From an uncultured Rhodopirellula sp. (GTDB lineage Bacteria; Planctomycetota; Planctomycetia; Pirellulales; Pirellulaceae), in contig CAXGAI010000015.1 of assembly GCA_964007735.1 (NCBI GenBank), positions 1 through 64,000 of the forward strand: a stretch of 64,000 nucleotides of DNA. The letters run 5' to 3'. Shown here in pieces: positions 39,929-49,161 of this stretch (the first letter of the stretch is position 1; each line of letters starts with the position of its first letter). Made by a program: the position numbers and the translations under genes. The notes under the pieces are model-generated. The model was given only the letters and a program-made list of their open reading frames with translations. It had not been told where the DNA came from and made no database searches.

Positions 39929-40389
39929 TATTTCATCTCCTTCGCCGCAGTTTTGACCGCCTCGCGAATTCGATTGTAAGTCCCGCACCGACATATATTC
40001 CACATGCCTTCGTTGATCTCGTCATCACTGGGGTTTGGGTTTGCTGCGAGCATGGCGGCACAAGTCATCATTTGGCCTACCTGACAGTAACCACACTGAG
40101 GAACATCGTGTTCTTTCCATGCTTGTTGCACAGGGTGGTCGCCTTTTTCTGACAGGCCCTCTATGGTTACAACCTTCGCGTTGCCGATATCACTCAACGC
40201 TGTCACGCAGGATTGCACAGCCTCACCGTCAATATGGATTGTGCAGGCGCCACATTCGGATACGCCGCATCCGTACTTAGTTCCAGTTAATCCTAGATGG
40301 TCGCGCAGGACCCAGAGTAAGGGGGTGTCAGGCGGGATAACAGAGACATCCCGCGGTTGACCATTGACATTAATGGTAGTCATTCTCAT
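39928..40389 (-). CDS. iorA: 2x[2Fe-2S] small subunit (isoquinoline 1-oxidoreductase alpha-like)
   Basis: LLWVLRD..GLTGTKYGCG..CGAC, TIEGL, QCGYCQ, NICRCGTY. Confidence 0.92.
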   Translation of the reverse strand: MRMTTINVNGQPRDVSVIPPDTPLLWVLRDHLGLTGTKYGCGVSECGACTIHIDGEAVQSCVTALSDIGNAKVVTIEGLSEKGDHPVQQAWKEHDVPQCGYCQVGQMMTCAAMLAANPNPSDDEINEGMWNICRCGTYNRIREAVKTAAKEMK

Positions 40390-40571
40390 AGTACCTTTTT
40401 TGGAGATATACGACGGAGTCTTAGTATAGACCTTATTGGTCGGTGACTGCTACCTCAAGTGTTTTAGATAAAGGACGAGCGATTCTTTAGTAGTTTGGTT
40501 GGCCAGGACGTTATTACGTGAAGTAGAATAAACGAAGCGATCTTGCACTCTGCTACCCGACCAGGAAATTC

Positions 40572-43500
40572 ATGCCCGATTTCACAACTCCAGACCGTTT
40601 CAAGCAAATAAAACCACGTCGTTTCGTGACCGGTATGGCATGGGCGGTTTGTTATGCAATTTTTAGTCATTCGGCCGTGTCAGCTCAAGCCGAATACGAC
40701 GACTATGAAACCAATGTCAGACCGTTATTGATAAAATATTGTGTCAAATGCCATGGCGCAGAAAAACAGGAATCTGGGCTGAGACTCGATTCCTCTGAAT
40801 ACTGGCAAAAAGGCGGGATTAGTGGGCCGGCATTGGTGGCAGGCCAGCCCGATCAAAGTCTGATGTTAATCGCGGTAAAGAAAACCAATCCAGATCTTTC
40901 GATGCCGCCGGGATCGGGCAGACTCAGTCGCGAGGATATAGAGAAATTAGAACAGTGGATTCTCAAGGGAGCAAAGGCGCCTCGAAATAATGTGAAGAAC
41001 AGCGATCAGCGACTGAGCCTGGACGAGGCTAAGGAGTTTTGGTCGCTTAAGCCTTTGCAGACTGTTTTGCCACCTTCCTCATCAGTGATCGATAGATGGA
41101 GTTGGAGTCCGATTGATCGGTTTATTATGTCGCGGTTGGAACAGTCTGGTTTAGCACCAGTCTCCGACGCAGATAAACGAACTCTGATTCGTAGGGCTAC
41201 TTTCGACCTAACCGGTCTTCCCCCTACCCCGGAAGAAATATCTTCCTATTTGAGTGACGATGCAGAAGATGCATACACTAAAGTTGTTGAGCGTCTATTG
41301 GCCTCTACCGCCTATGGTGAACGCTGGGGGCGTCATTGGCTGGACATTGCCCGTTATTCAGACACTGCAGGTGATGGAGCAGACTACCCGGTCCGCGAGG
41401 CCTATAAGTATCGCAACTGGGTAATACGTTCGATGAATAGTGACAAGCCATACGATCAATTTGTGCGAGAGCAGTTGGCTGGAGATATCTTGGCAGAGAC
41501 GGCTGGCACGGAAAACTATGCCGATCTCGTGACTGCAACCGGCTTCCTGGCCGTAGGAAAACGATATGGTTATAAACCCTCGCCCGACTACCAGCATTTG
41601 GATTTCGCTGATGCGATTGATTCAATAGGGCGTTCGTTAATGGGGCTCTCTCTTGGATGTGCCCGGTGTCACGACCACAAATACGATCCCATCACGGCGG
41701 AGGATTATTATGCGTTGTACGGAATATTCCAAAGTACAACATGGGCATTTCCAGGTGGCGAAGAGCAAAAACGGCCCTCCGAGTTTCCGGCAACCGTGCC
41801 ACCGGAGGAGATGAAACGATTAAAGGAACTTCGCAAGGAAGACCTTGCCAGTTTGGCTTCTAAGATGGAGCAGTTGAAGCGGGAACGTCGGAAGCTTGAT
41901 ATCGGCTCTCGCGCTGGTGGGAGTGATTTGGATTTGGAACACCAGCGTTTGGGGGAACCACTCCAACCGCCCTGGGTTTCATCGGGCCCAGTATTGGTCG
42001 AAAAAGATGCGCAGAGTCCGTTTGCAAACGTCCATCCTGAAGGGACTCGAGGCGTCCGAATTTCCGGTGGTCTAAAAACGGATGGCATACGGTACGTGTT
42101 CGAGCCGGGGTTACGAGCAGAGGAAAATTCGAAGATCTACTTCAACATCGATTTTCGAATATCCGCCGACAGCAGAGCGGGAGTAACTCGTTTTTATCTG
42201 GGTCAGGGGGTTGTGCAATCTTTAGCCGTGGAATTCAGCGTTACTGAGTCACAAATGTTTTTGAAAAATGGAAACGAATGGGAGTTGTTGACGCCTATTA
42301 AGGACGGGTATTGGTATTCTTTGCAGATAGAAATCGATACCGCGAGTCGGAATTACCGTGGTAGCGTTGCCACATTGGAGGGGTCAACTAGTTTCGTTGA
42401 TAAGAGAACGGCCCCAGAATGGAACGGTATTGCTGATTGTTTTATTTGCGATGGATTTGGCCATAAAGATGGCGAAGTTCTATCTCGTGATATCGATAAC
42501 GTGGCGTTAACTAGTCTGGAGTTGCTTCCTTCAGGCCGCCGGTTGGAGATCCCGAAGTTAACAGTTAATGAAGTGGAACGACTCAAGGAAATCGATCAAC
42601 TACTTGGTCGTCATGAAGGCGTTAAGCAGAAAATTCTTTTGGAACCGGTGTATCCAGTGGCGTATGGGGTAAGTGAGGGCGAAGAGATCGACGCTTTTGT
42701 GCAATTGCGCGGCGAACCGGATAACGTCGGAGACGAGGTTCCAAGACGGTTTATCGAAGTATTAGGCGGCGATAAGGTGCCAGACGGCGGCAGCGGAAGA
42801 TTACAGTTAGCAGATTGGATTACCTCGGATAGAAATCCTTTGACGGCGCGGGTTTTCGTTAACCGGGTTTGGCAATGGCATTTCGGAAGAGGATTGGTTG
42901 ATACGCCAAGCGATTTCGGATCCCGGGGGGAGAAACCATCGCATCCTAAATTATTAGAATGGTTGACCAGGCAGTTCATTAAGAATAACTGGTCGCTTAA
43001 ATATCTACATCGACTCATTATGCATTCCAGAGTATACCAATTATCTAGTGAAGATGAGGCTAGAGCCGTGGAAAGCGACCCGGAAAATAGATTGCATTGG
43101 CGGTTCTCCCGTAAGCCATTGGATGCCGAATCGATGCGGGACGCCATGTTAGCGGTTAGTGGCAATTTGGATAGGGCGATGCCGGGAGCTCATCCATTTC
43201 CAGATGTCGGAACCTGGAATTACACCATTCATAATCCTTTCTATGCGGTTTATGACACAAATCATCGAAGCGTCTATTTGATGCAGCAGCGTAATCGCCG
43301 GCATCCCTATTTGGAATTATTTGATGCGGCGGACCCGAACGTTAGCATCGGAAAACGGCAGCAAACAATCACCCCAACGCAGGCGTTATATTTAATGAAT
43401 TCTGAATTTGTTCATGCACAGGCACATCGGCTCGCGCATCGGATTGCAATTAAATATCCTTCTCGTCCAGAGCGGATACGCTATGCATTTGAACTGGCTC

Positions 43501-43664
43501 TTGGAAAGTCGGCCACGACGAAGGAAATAAGATCAGCCACTGAGTTTTTGGCACGCTATATTCTTGAGTTGGGAAGGTCGACGGAAGGGGATGCCCAGAA
43601 ACAGGCATGGGAGGCGTTCTCCCGTGTATTACTTACGAGTAATGAGTTTTTGTTTGTAGATTAG
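40572..43664 (+). CDS. Planctomycete cytochrome c + DUF1549/DUF1553 (PSD1) protein with a central insert domain
   Basis: CVKCH...MPP, LIRRATFDLTGLPP, YGERWGRHWLD, CARCHDHKYD, NPLTARVFVNRVWQWHFG. Confidence 0.92.
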   Translation: MPDFTTPDRFKQIKPRRFVTGMAWAVCYAIFSHSAVSAQAEYDDYETNVRPLLIKYCVKCHGAEKQESGLRLDSSEYWQKGGISGPALVAGQPDQSLMLIAVKKTNPDLSMPPGSGRLSREDIEKLEQWILKGAKAPRNNVKNSDQRLSLDEAKEFWSLKPLQTVLPPSSSVIDRWSWSPIDRFIMSRLEQSGLAPVSDADKRTLIRRATFDLTGLPPTPEEISSYLSDDAEDAYTKVVERLLASTAYGERWGRHWLDIARYSDTAGDGADYPVREAYKYRNWVIRSMNSDKPYDQFVREQLAGDILAETAGTENYADLVTATGFLAVGKRYGYKPSPDYQHLDFADAIDSIGRSLMGLSLGCARCHDHKYDPITAEDYYALYGIFQSTTWAFPGGEEQKRPSEFPATVPPEEMKRLKELRKEDLASLASKMEQLKRERRKLDIGSRAGGSDLDLEHQRLGEPLQPPWVSSGPVLVEKDAQSPFANVHPEGTRGVRISGGLKTDGIRYVFEPGLRAEENSKIYFNIDFRISADSRAGVTRFYLGQGVVQSLAVEFSVTESQMFLKNGNEWELLTPIKDGYWYSLQIEIDTASRNYRGSVATLEGSTSFVDKRTAPEWNGIADCFICDGFGHKDGEVLSRDIDNVALTSLELLPSGRRLEIPKLTVNEVERLKEIDQLLGRHEGVKQKILLEPVYPVAYGVSEGEEIDAFVQLRGEPDNVGDEVPRRFIEVLGGDKVPDGGSGRLQLADWITSDRNPLTARVFVNRVWQWHFGRGLVDTPSDFGSRGEKPSHPKLLEWLTRQFIKNNWSLKYLHRLIMHSRVYQLSSEDEARAVESDPENRLHWRFSRKPLDAESMRDAMLAVSGNLDRAMPGAHPFPDVGTWNYTIHNPFYAVYDTNHRSVYLMQQRNRRHPYLELFDAADPNVSIGKRQQTITPTQALYLMNSEFVHAQAHRLAHRIAIKYPSRPERIRYAFELALGKSATTKEIRSATEFLARYILELGRSTEGDAQKQAWEAFSRVLLTSNEFLFVD

Positions 43665-43671
43665 AGAAAAC

Positions 43672-45069
43672 GTGTTCCCTCGAAATACCTTAAATAGACG
43701 CCATTTATTGCGGTCCCTATCAGGGGGATTTGCGATGACCGCATTTTCTGGGATGTGCGCCGGCGTATCAGCGGAAGAAGATCCCTTAGCCGCAAAGCGA
43801 TGTCATTTCGCTGCCAAAGCGGACAGCGTAATCTTTATCTATGCTACGGGTGGTGTGTCTCATGTTGATACTTTTGATTACAAACCGAAACTCATCAAGG
43901 ATCATGGTAAGTCGATTGTCGCATCCCGCTGGTTAAATAAGACGGGCGAATTTGAACGGTTTCTTATCAAGCCTCGCTGGAACTTTAATCGTTATGGTGA
44001 AAATGGAATTTGGGTAAGTGATCTCTTCCCGCATCTTGGAAGTGTAATTGACGATATATGCGTCTTAAATGCGATGCATTGTGACAGCGACGGTCATGAT
44101 AAAGGCACCCTTGCCGCCCATACGGGATCTGCGCAGTTTGCGCGTCCAAGTGTAGGGGCGTGGGTTAGCTACGGTTTAGGATCTGTAAATCAAAACCTTC
44201 CTTCGTTTATGGTTCTGGCGCCGCACGCACCCTATGCGGGTGCTCAAACCTGGGCGAGCGATTTCCTTCCCGGTTGTCATCAAGGTACTCACGTGGTACC
44301 CGGGGCAGATCCAATACCTAACATAGCGCCACGCGTTGCATCACCCAGACTCCAGTCGATGGAGCTCGATTTACTTCGTGAATTGAATTCCCTGCAACAG
44401 GACGAGACGGCGGCCGATGCCGCGGTCAATGCGAGAATACGTTCTTTTGAAACAGCTTTCGGGATGCAGTCAGCATCACCCGAAGCCTTCGATATCACGC
44501 AGGAGGATGCGGCGACATTAGCACTTTATGGTATGCAACCGAGTGATCGAAGTGGGTTTGGTTGGCAATGTTTAATGGCGCGTCGACTTGTGGAACGTGG
44601 CGTACGTTTTGTTGAATTGATCGATGTAGGTTCCAATAGCAACTGGGATTCTCATGGCAATATGGGAGACCATGAGGGGTTGGCTAGAAATGTTGACAAA
44701 CCCATGGCCGGGCTCATCAAGGATCTGAAAAGACGAGGGATGCTTGAACGCACCCTTATTGTCTGGACGACGGAGTTCGGTCGAACGCCTTTTAATATGA
44801 CCGCTAATCATGCTGGTCGCGAACATCACAATTTTTGCTTTACATCCTGGATGGCCGGAGGGGGAATTCAGGGTGGTGTGTCGTATGGTGTTTCCGATGA
44901 ATATGGAATTATGGCACAAGAGAATTCAGCCCACACACACGACCTGCATGCAACGATTCTGCATCAACTGGGATTGAATCACGAACAGTTAACTTATAGG
45001 CATGCGGGGCGTGATTTTAGATTGACAGACGTGCATGGCAATGTCCTGCATGATATCGTCACAGGTTAA
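43672..45069 (+). CDS. DUF1501 family protein with twin-arginine signal
   Basis: NRRHLLR; GGVSHVDTFDYKP, WDSH, TEFGRTP, GREH, RLTDVHG. Confidence 0.92.
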   Translation: MFPRNTLNRRHLLRSLSGGFAMTAFSGMCAGVSAEEDPLAAKRCHFAAKADSVIFIYATGGVSHVDTFDYKPKLIKDHGKSIVASRWLNKTGEFERFLIKPRWNFNRYGENGIWVSDLFPHLGSVIDDICVLNAMHCDSDGHDKGTLAAHTGSAQFARPSVGAWVSYGLGSVNQNLPSFMVLAPHAPYAGAQTWASDFLPGCHQGTHVVPGADPIPNIAPRVASPRLQSMELDLLRELNSLQQDETAADAAVNARIRSFETAFGMQSASPEAFDITQEDAATLALYGMQPSDRSGFGWQCLMARRLVERGVRFVELIDVGSNSNWDSHGNMGDHEGLARNVDKPMAGLIKDLKRRGMLERTLIVWTTEFGRTPFNMTANHAGREHHNFCFTSWMAGGGIQGGVSYGVSDEYGIMAQENSAHTHDLHATILHQLGLNHEQLTYRHAGRDFRLTDVHGNVLHDIVTG

Positions 45070-45088
45070 GGGGCTGATACGCCGGAAA

Positions 45089-47368
45089 CTATTGCCCGGA
45101 ATTGGAAAGTTCCATCTTGAAGAATTCGGTCGCTTTGTCGACTGCTTGATTGAACCAAACCTGTCTATTTAAGAAACCGTGCGGGGCCCCTTTGATGATA
45201 GTAAGGCCAGTTTGGGTTTCGATAGATGTCAATTTACTTCGGAACCGTTCAGCGTGAGTACTTGGGTCATCATTCTCTCCGGAGATGAACCAAACCGGTG
45301 GAGTGGATTCACTCAGATGCTCAATGGGGGAGGCTAGCCGGTAAGTTTCCCGTGCTGCTTCCTGCGTTCCGCCAAGAAATTGCCTCCATATAGCGCCACG
45401 TTGTTCCTGTTCCGCGACATCGCGGACACGGGCAGATAGAAAGTCGGTTTGAGCGCCCATAGGCACTGCTGCCTGAATGGTACTGGTGACTCCTTGATTG
45501 CCACCATCGCCTTCAAGCTCTTTGGTGCGTGCGCTCGTTGCTAGTAGGGCCGTTAGATGACCACCAGCGGATAGGCCAATTGCACCAATATTGTTCGGGT
45601 CTAGGCCATATTGTTCTGCGTTCGCCCGTAAAAACCTCACAGCCGCCTTGCAATCGTTGATTTGCGCAGGAAATGCTGCCTCGCCGCTCAATCGATAAGA
45701 AATTGTCGCAGTGACGAATCCATGTGTAGCAATTGCTTTGGCGAGCTTGGCATGACTGGTGCGATCCCCTTTCGCCCAGCCTCCACCGTGGATACAAACC
45801 ACAGCGGGCAAGGTTCCCCATTGGCCCTTAGGGCGATAGAGATCCATTTCTAACGACCGGTCGCCGTAGGAGGCATAAGTCACGCCTTCCTGACTCATTA
45901 ACAAGTTTTCCATTGCTGGCGCAATGGTAGTCCATGCGTCTTCCCCGGGAGCGTTTGTTTGTAAACCAGCTTGTCTGGCATCAAGCCGCATCTCCTCCTG
46001 AAACAGCACGGTCATGCCGCGCAATTTTCGAATAATTGTACCATTACGAACAGGAGTCGATTCCCCGGGGTCTTCTTCAAGATTATAGAGCGTAAGATTA
46101 GGGTTTATAAATAGCTTCCAATTCTTCCAACGAACAGCAGACAAAGTCCCCTCACTGCCATGGTAAAAGAATGCGTCGTTATACTCACGTCTGGTGATTA
46201 ATGAAGCCCATTCTCCTGCTGGATCCCAACGCCGGCGTAATGGTACAGAGGCGTTAAGAGATAACTTGGCGCCGGGAGCGGGAACTACTTCACTTTCACC
46301 AAGCAGTACCGGGGTGACGTCACGGCCGTCGATGACTGTTCCGTCCGGGACTTTAATTCCTGCAAGCGTTGCTAACGTCGGATACCAATCCATGGCCCGA
46401 ATGGGCGTACTTAGCCGAACATTCGATTGCAAATTGAGGCCAGGTGCCCATGCAATTGCAGGTACGCGAATTCCGGCTTCCCATGTAGTGAGTTTATTTC
46501 CGCGAAGAGGCTGTTGCGGGTTTCTGCCGGGGCGACGGCCATTATCCGATGCGTAGATAACGACTGTATTCTGGTCGAGCCGGAGTTGGGTAAGGGATTC
46601 GAATATACGGCCTACATGATGATCCAACTCCTGGGTCGCATCACCATACTCTCCCCACTCTGATGTCCCTTGAAATTCTTTGCTAACTCCCAGCGGAACG
46701 TGGAGCATGGTATGCGGGAGGTACAGAAAGAACGGTTTTGATTTGTTCTGTTCGATGAATTTAATCGCTTCGTCTGTATATAGGCGAGTAAGTTCCGCTG
46801 GATCGACAGGCCGTTTAATTTCTTTGCCGTTACGGATGAGGGGGACACCCCCCTGCTCTTCGAAGTAGACCACTTCAACAGGATCCAGATTGTGAAGCAA
46901 TCCAAAATAGTGATCAAATCCCTGGTTGTGTGGCAGAAAGGGCTCCTGAAACCCGAGATGCCATTTGCCGATGCAGGCTGTTGAATATCCCGCCTGTTTG
47001 AATAGCTCTGCAATTGTCAGTTCGTTTGAGTGAATACCATAATCCGAATCGGCCCTATGCACCCAGATATGGTTGCCGATACGACGTGGATAACATCCCG
47101 TGAGCAAGCCGGCGCGAGACGGACTACAAATGGGAGCCGCGGCATAATAATCCGTGAGGAGGATTCCTTCACTAGCCATAGAATCGATATGAGGTGTTTT
47201 TACCTCGCTGGCGCCGTAGCAACCGAGGTCGTAATATCCCTGGTCATCCACCAATATGAAGATGACGTTTGGTGGTGTTTTGGCAACATTAGAAGGCATT
47301 CCAGACGCTATGATGGGTGTAAGGAAAAATGCAATAACCACTGATACGCATGTGTTACTAGGCGACAT
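45089..47368 (-). CDS. Sulfatase fused to a C-terminal alpha/beta-hydrolase (HGGG-type esterase)
   Basis: VDDQG, CSPSRAGLLTG, GKWHLG, SDNG; then DLYRP, IHGGGW, YRLS, GLSAGGHL, GAPHG. Confidence 0.9.
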   Translation of the reverse strand: MSPSNTCVSVVIAFFLTPIIASGMPSNVAKTPPNVIFILVDDQGYYDLGCYGASEVKTPHIDSMASEGILLTDYYAAAPICSPSRAGLLTGCYPRRIGNHIWVHRADSDYGIHSNELTIAELFKQAGYSTACIGKWHLGFQEPFLPHNQGFDHYFGLLHNLDPVEVVYFEEQGGVPLIRNGKEIKRPVDPAELTRLYTDEAIKFIEQNKSKPFFLYLPHTMLHVPLGVSKEFQGTSEWGEYGDATQELDHHVGRIFESLTQLRLDQNTVVIYASDNGRRPGRNPQQPLRGNKLTTWEAGIRVPAIAWAPGLNLQSNVRLSTPIRAMDWYPTLATLAGIKVPDGTVIDGRDVTPVLLGESEVVPAPGAKLSLNASVPLRRRWDPAGEWASLITRREYNDAFFYHGSEGTLSAVRWKNWKLFINPNLTLYNLEEDPGESTPVRNGTIIRKLRGMTVLFQEEMRLDARQAGLQTNAPGEDAWTTIAPAMENLLMSQEGVTYASYGDRSLEMDLYRPKGQWGTLPAVVCIHGGGWAKGDRTSHAKLAKAIATHGFVTATISYRLSGEAAFPAQINDCKAAVRFLRANAEQYGLDPNNIGAIGLSAGGHLTALLATSARTKELEGDGGNQGVTSTIQAAVPMGAQTDFLSARVRDVAEQEQRGAIWRQFLGGTQEAARETYRLASPIEHLSESTPPVWFISGENDDPSTHAERFRSKLTSIETQTGLTIIKGAPHGFLNRQVWFNQAVDKATEFFKMELSNSGQ

Positions 47369-47432
47369 CAATCGACCCTCAAAAGCGTTGATAAGAAATA
47401 AATCGTGATCGTCCTATTATAGGCTCGCAAAA

Positions 47433-48380
47433 ATGAACTGTTTCTATAAACTCTTTCGGAATACTAATAGTGCGGTATGTGCCTTAGTGCTATTTTCGCT
47501 TTGGTTCACCTCAGGATTAAAAGGTGACGCGAAAAAAGGAGAGGTGCCTGCGGAGGCATGGATGTCAAGTTTGCCGTCTCACTTGCTCATAAGCTCTTTG
47601 ACCATTCCCGGTACTCATAACAGTGGTGCATTGTATGAGCCACTTCGCGGTACCGCAGCCTGCCAGAGGCTCACGATCGTGCAGCAACTCGAAGCGGGTG
47701 TGCGGTTTTTCGATATCCGCTGCCGACACGAGAGTGATCAGTTTGCGATTTATCATGGCCCCGTGTTTCAACATCTAACCTATGCTCAGATCGAAAAAAC
47801 CATGGCAGAGTTTTTGAGGAAGCATCCTAACGAAGTGTTGATCGCAAGTATTAAACAGGAATCCAGTCCCCGTCGTAATACCCGCTCTTTTGAGGACACG
47901 ATTCGTGAATATATTAGCGAAGCAAAAGCGTTGTATTTTACTGAAACAACAATACCGAAGCTGGGTGAAGCGCGAGGAAAGATAGTCCTGCTTAGGCGTT
48001 TTGCGAGCGAAAATAACCTGGGGATTGCAGCAACCAATTGGGGGCATAACGGATTTTATCAGGGACGACAACTCTTCGTGCAAGATCGGTTTGAATTGCG
48101 GGATGTTAAAACTAAATGGGAGCTGGTGGAAAGAGGACTGGAGCATAGTATTCAAAGCAAAAATCAGGGATTACTGCACCTCAATTTCACGAGCGGATAC
48201 GTAAAGAATGTTTTCGGAATACCAAACATTGTTACGGTTAGTAACGAAATAAACCAAAAACTAGCAAACTATCTTGCCGAAAAATCACGCTGCCGATTGG
48301 GATGTGTCGTGACCGATTTTATGACCCCTAAGCTCAGCAGGTATGTATTCAAGCTTAATTTTGAACGGAATCCAAAGTAA
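47433..48380 (+). CDS. Phosphatidylinositol-specific phospholipase C (PI-PLC X domain) protein
   Basis: WMS, IPGTHNS, QLEAGVRFFDIR, YHG, FL..HPNE, PKLGEARGKIVLLRRF. Confidence 0.9.
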   Translation: MNCFYKLFRNTNSAVCALVLFSLWFTSGLKGDAKKGEVPAEAWMSSLPSHLLISSLTIPGTHNSGALYEPLRGTAACQRLTIVQQLEAGVRFFDIRCRHESDQFAIYHGPVFQHLTYAQIEKTMAEFLRKHPNEVLIASIKQESSPRRNTRSFEDTIREYISEAKALYFTETTIPKLGEARGKIVLLRRFASENNLGIAATNWGHNGFYQGRQLFVQDRFELRDVKTKWELVERGLEHSIQSKNQGLLHLNFTSGYVKNVFGIPNIVTVSNEINQKLANYLAEKSRCRLGCVVTDFMTPKLSRYVFKLNFERNPK

Positions 48381-49141
48381 TGTACACGAAACCACTTGTG
48401 ATGATCGTCATTGTTAACGGGCTGATGCTTCCTTTCGCCCCCCTGATAACATTAGGTGATGACTACAGTGAAACCTCAGGGTTGGAGTCAGAGTACGCAG
48501 TGCAGGCGGCGGCAACGCTGGGTGAATTCGTTTTTGCCATAGATAGTCGCCAGATTGCCAAATATCAACGCGATTCGGGTGAATTCCTAGGACTTAGTCA
48601 AGGTGAAGCCATCCACCTCAATAGCGGCTATGTTTGGAAAAAGAAAGTCTTGTGTGCTCATTCTAACTACCCTAATGTTCCTGAACGTAGTCAAGTGATG
48701 CTCCTGGAACCAAACACGATGCTTCTGACTTCTTGGCACGATTTTGGTGACTATGGAGGAAGCCTGACATGGATTGTTAGACGAGGAGGCCGTTGGCTTT
48801 GTAACTTCGCAAAGTATGGGGAAAAAAATAAAGAGACGTTCCTCGTTGAGTTTGACAGTAAGTTTAATGAGAAAAAACGCTGGAGCTACCCTAGTGAACT
48901 AATAGCGAAGCTGGGAAATTACAGCTTATCGGGTGGCATTTGGCTGAGGGGAGAACTGCTCGTTACAGGTCATGACGAAAAAGAGGTTTATGTGTTAAAA
49001 GTCCCCAAACAAGGAGCTCGATTGCAATACGTTGAGACACGGTCAGCGCCCTTCACCGGTCAGGGCATTGCGGTCGATAAGCATAGCCAAGGTTTGGTTG
49101 GTATTAGCCGAGCTGAGCGGCGCGTCATTTTCGCCAAGTGA
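48380..49141 (+). CDS. Secreted hypothetical beta-propeller-like protein
   Basis: Signal peptide; A.Q, HLNS, HSNYP, GSLTW, SLSGG, TGHD, GQGIA; TAATG coupling to PI-PLC. Confidence 0.75.
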   Translation: MYTKPLVMIVIVNGLMLPFAPLITLGDDYSETSGLESEYAVQAAATLGEFVFAIDSRQIAKYQRDSGEFLGLSQGEAIHLNSGYVWKKKVLCAHSNYPNVPERSQVMLLEPNTMLLTSWHDFGDYGGSLTWIVRRGGRWLCNFAKYGEKNKETFLVEFDSKFNEKKRWSYPSELIAKLGNYSLSGGIWLRGELLVTGHDEKEVYVLKVPKQGARLQYVETRSAPFTGQGIAVDKHSQGLVGISRAERRVIFAK

Positions 49142-49161
49142 TCCGCGCCGGAATGATTCTG

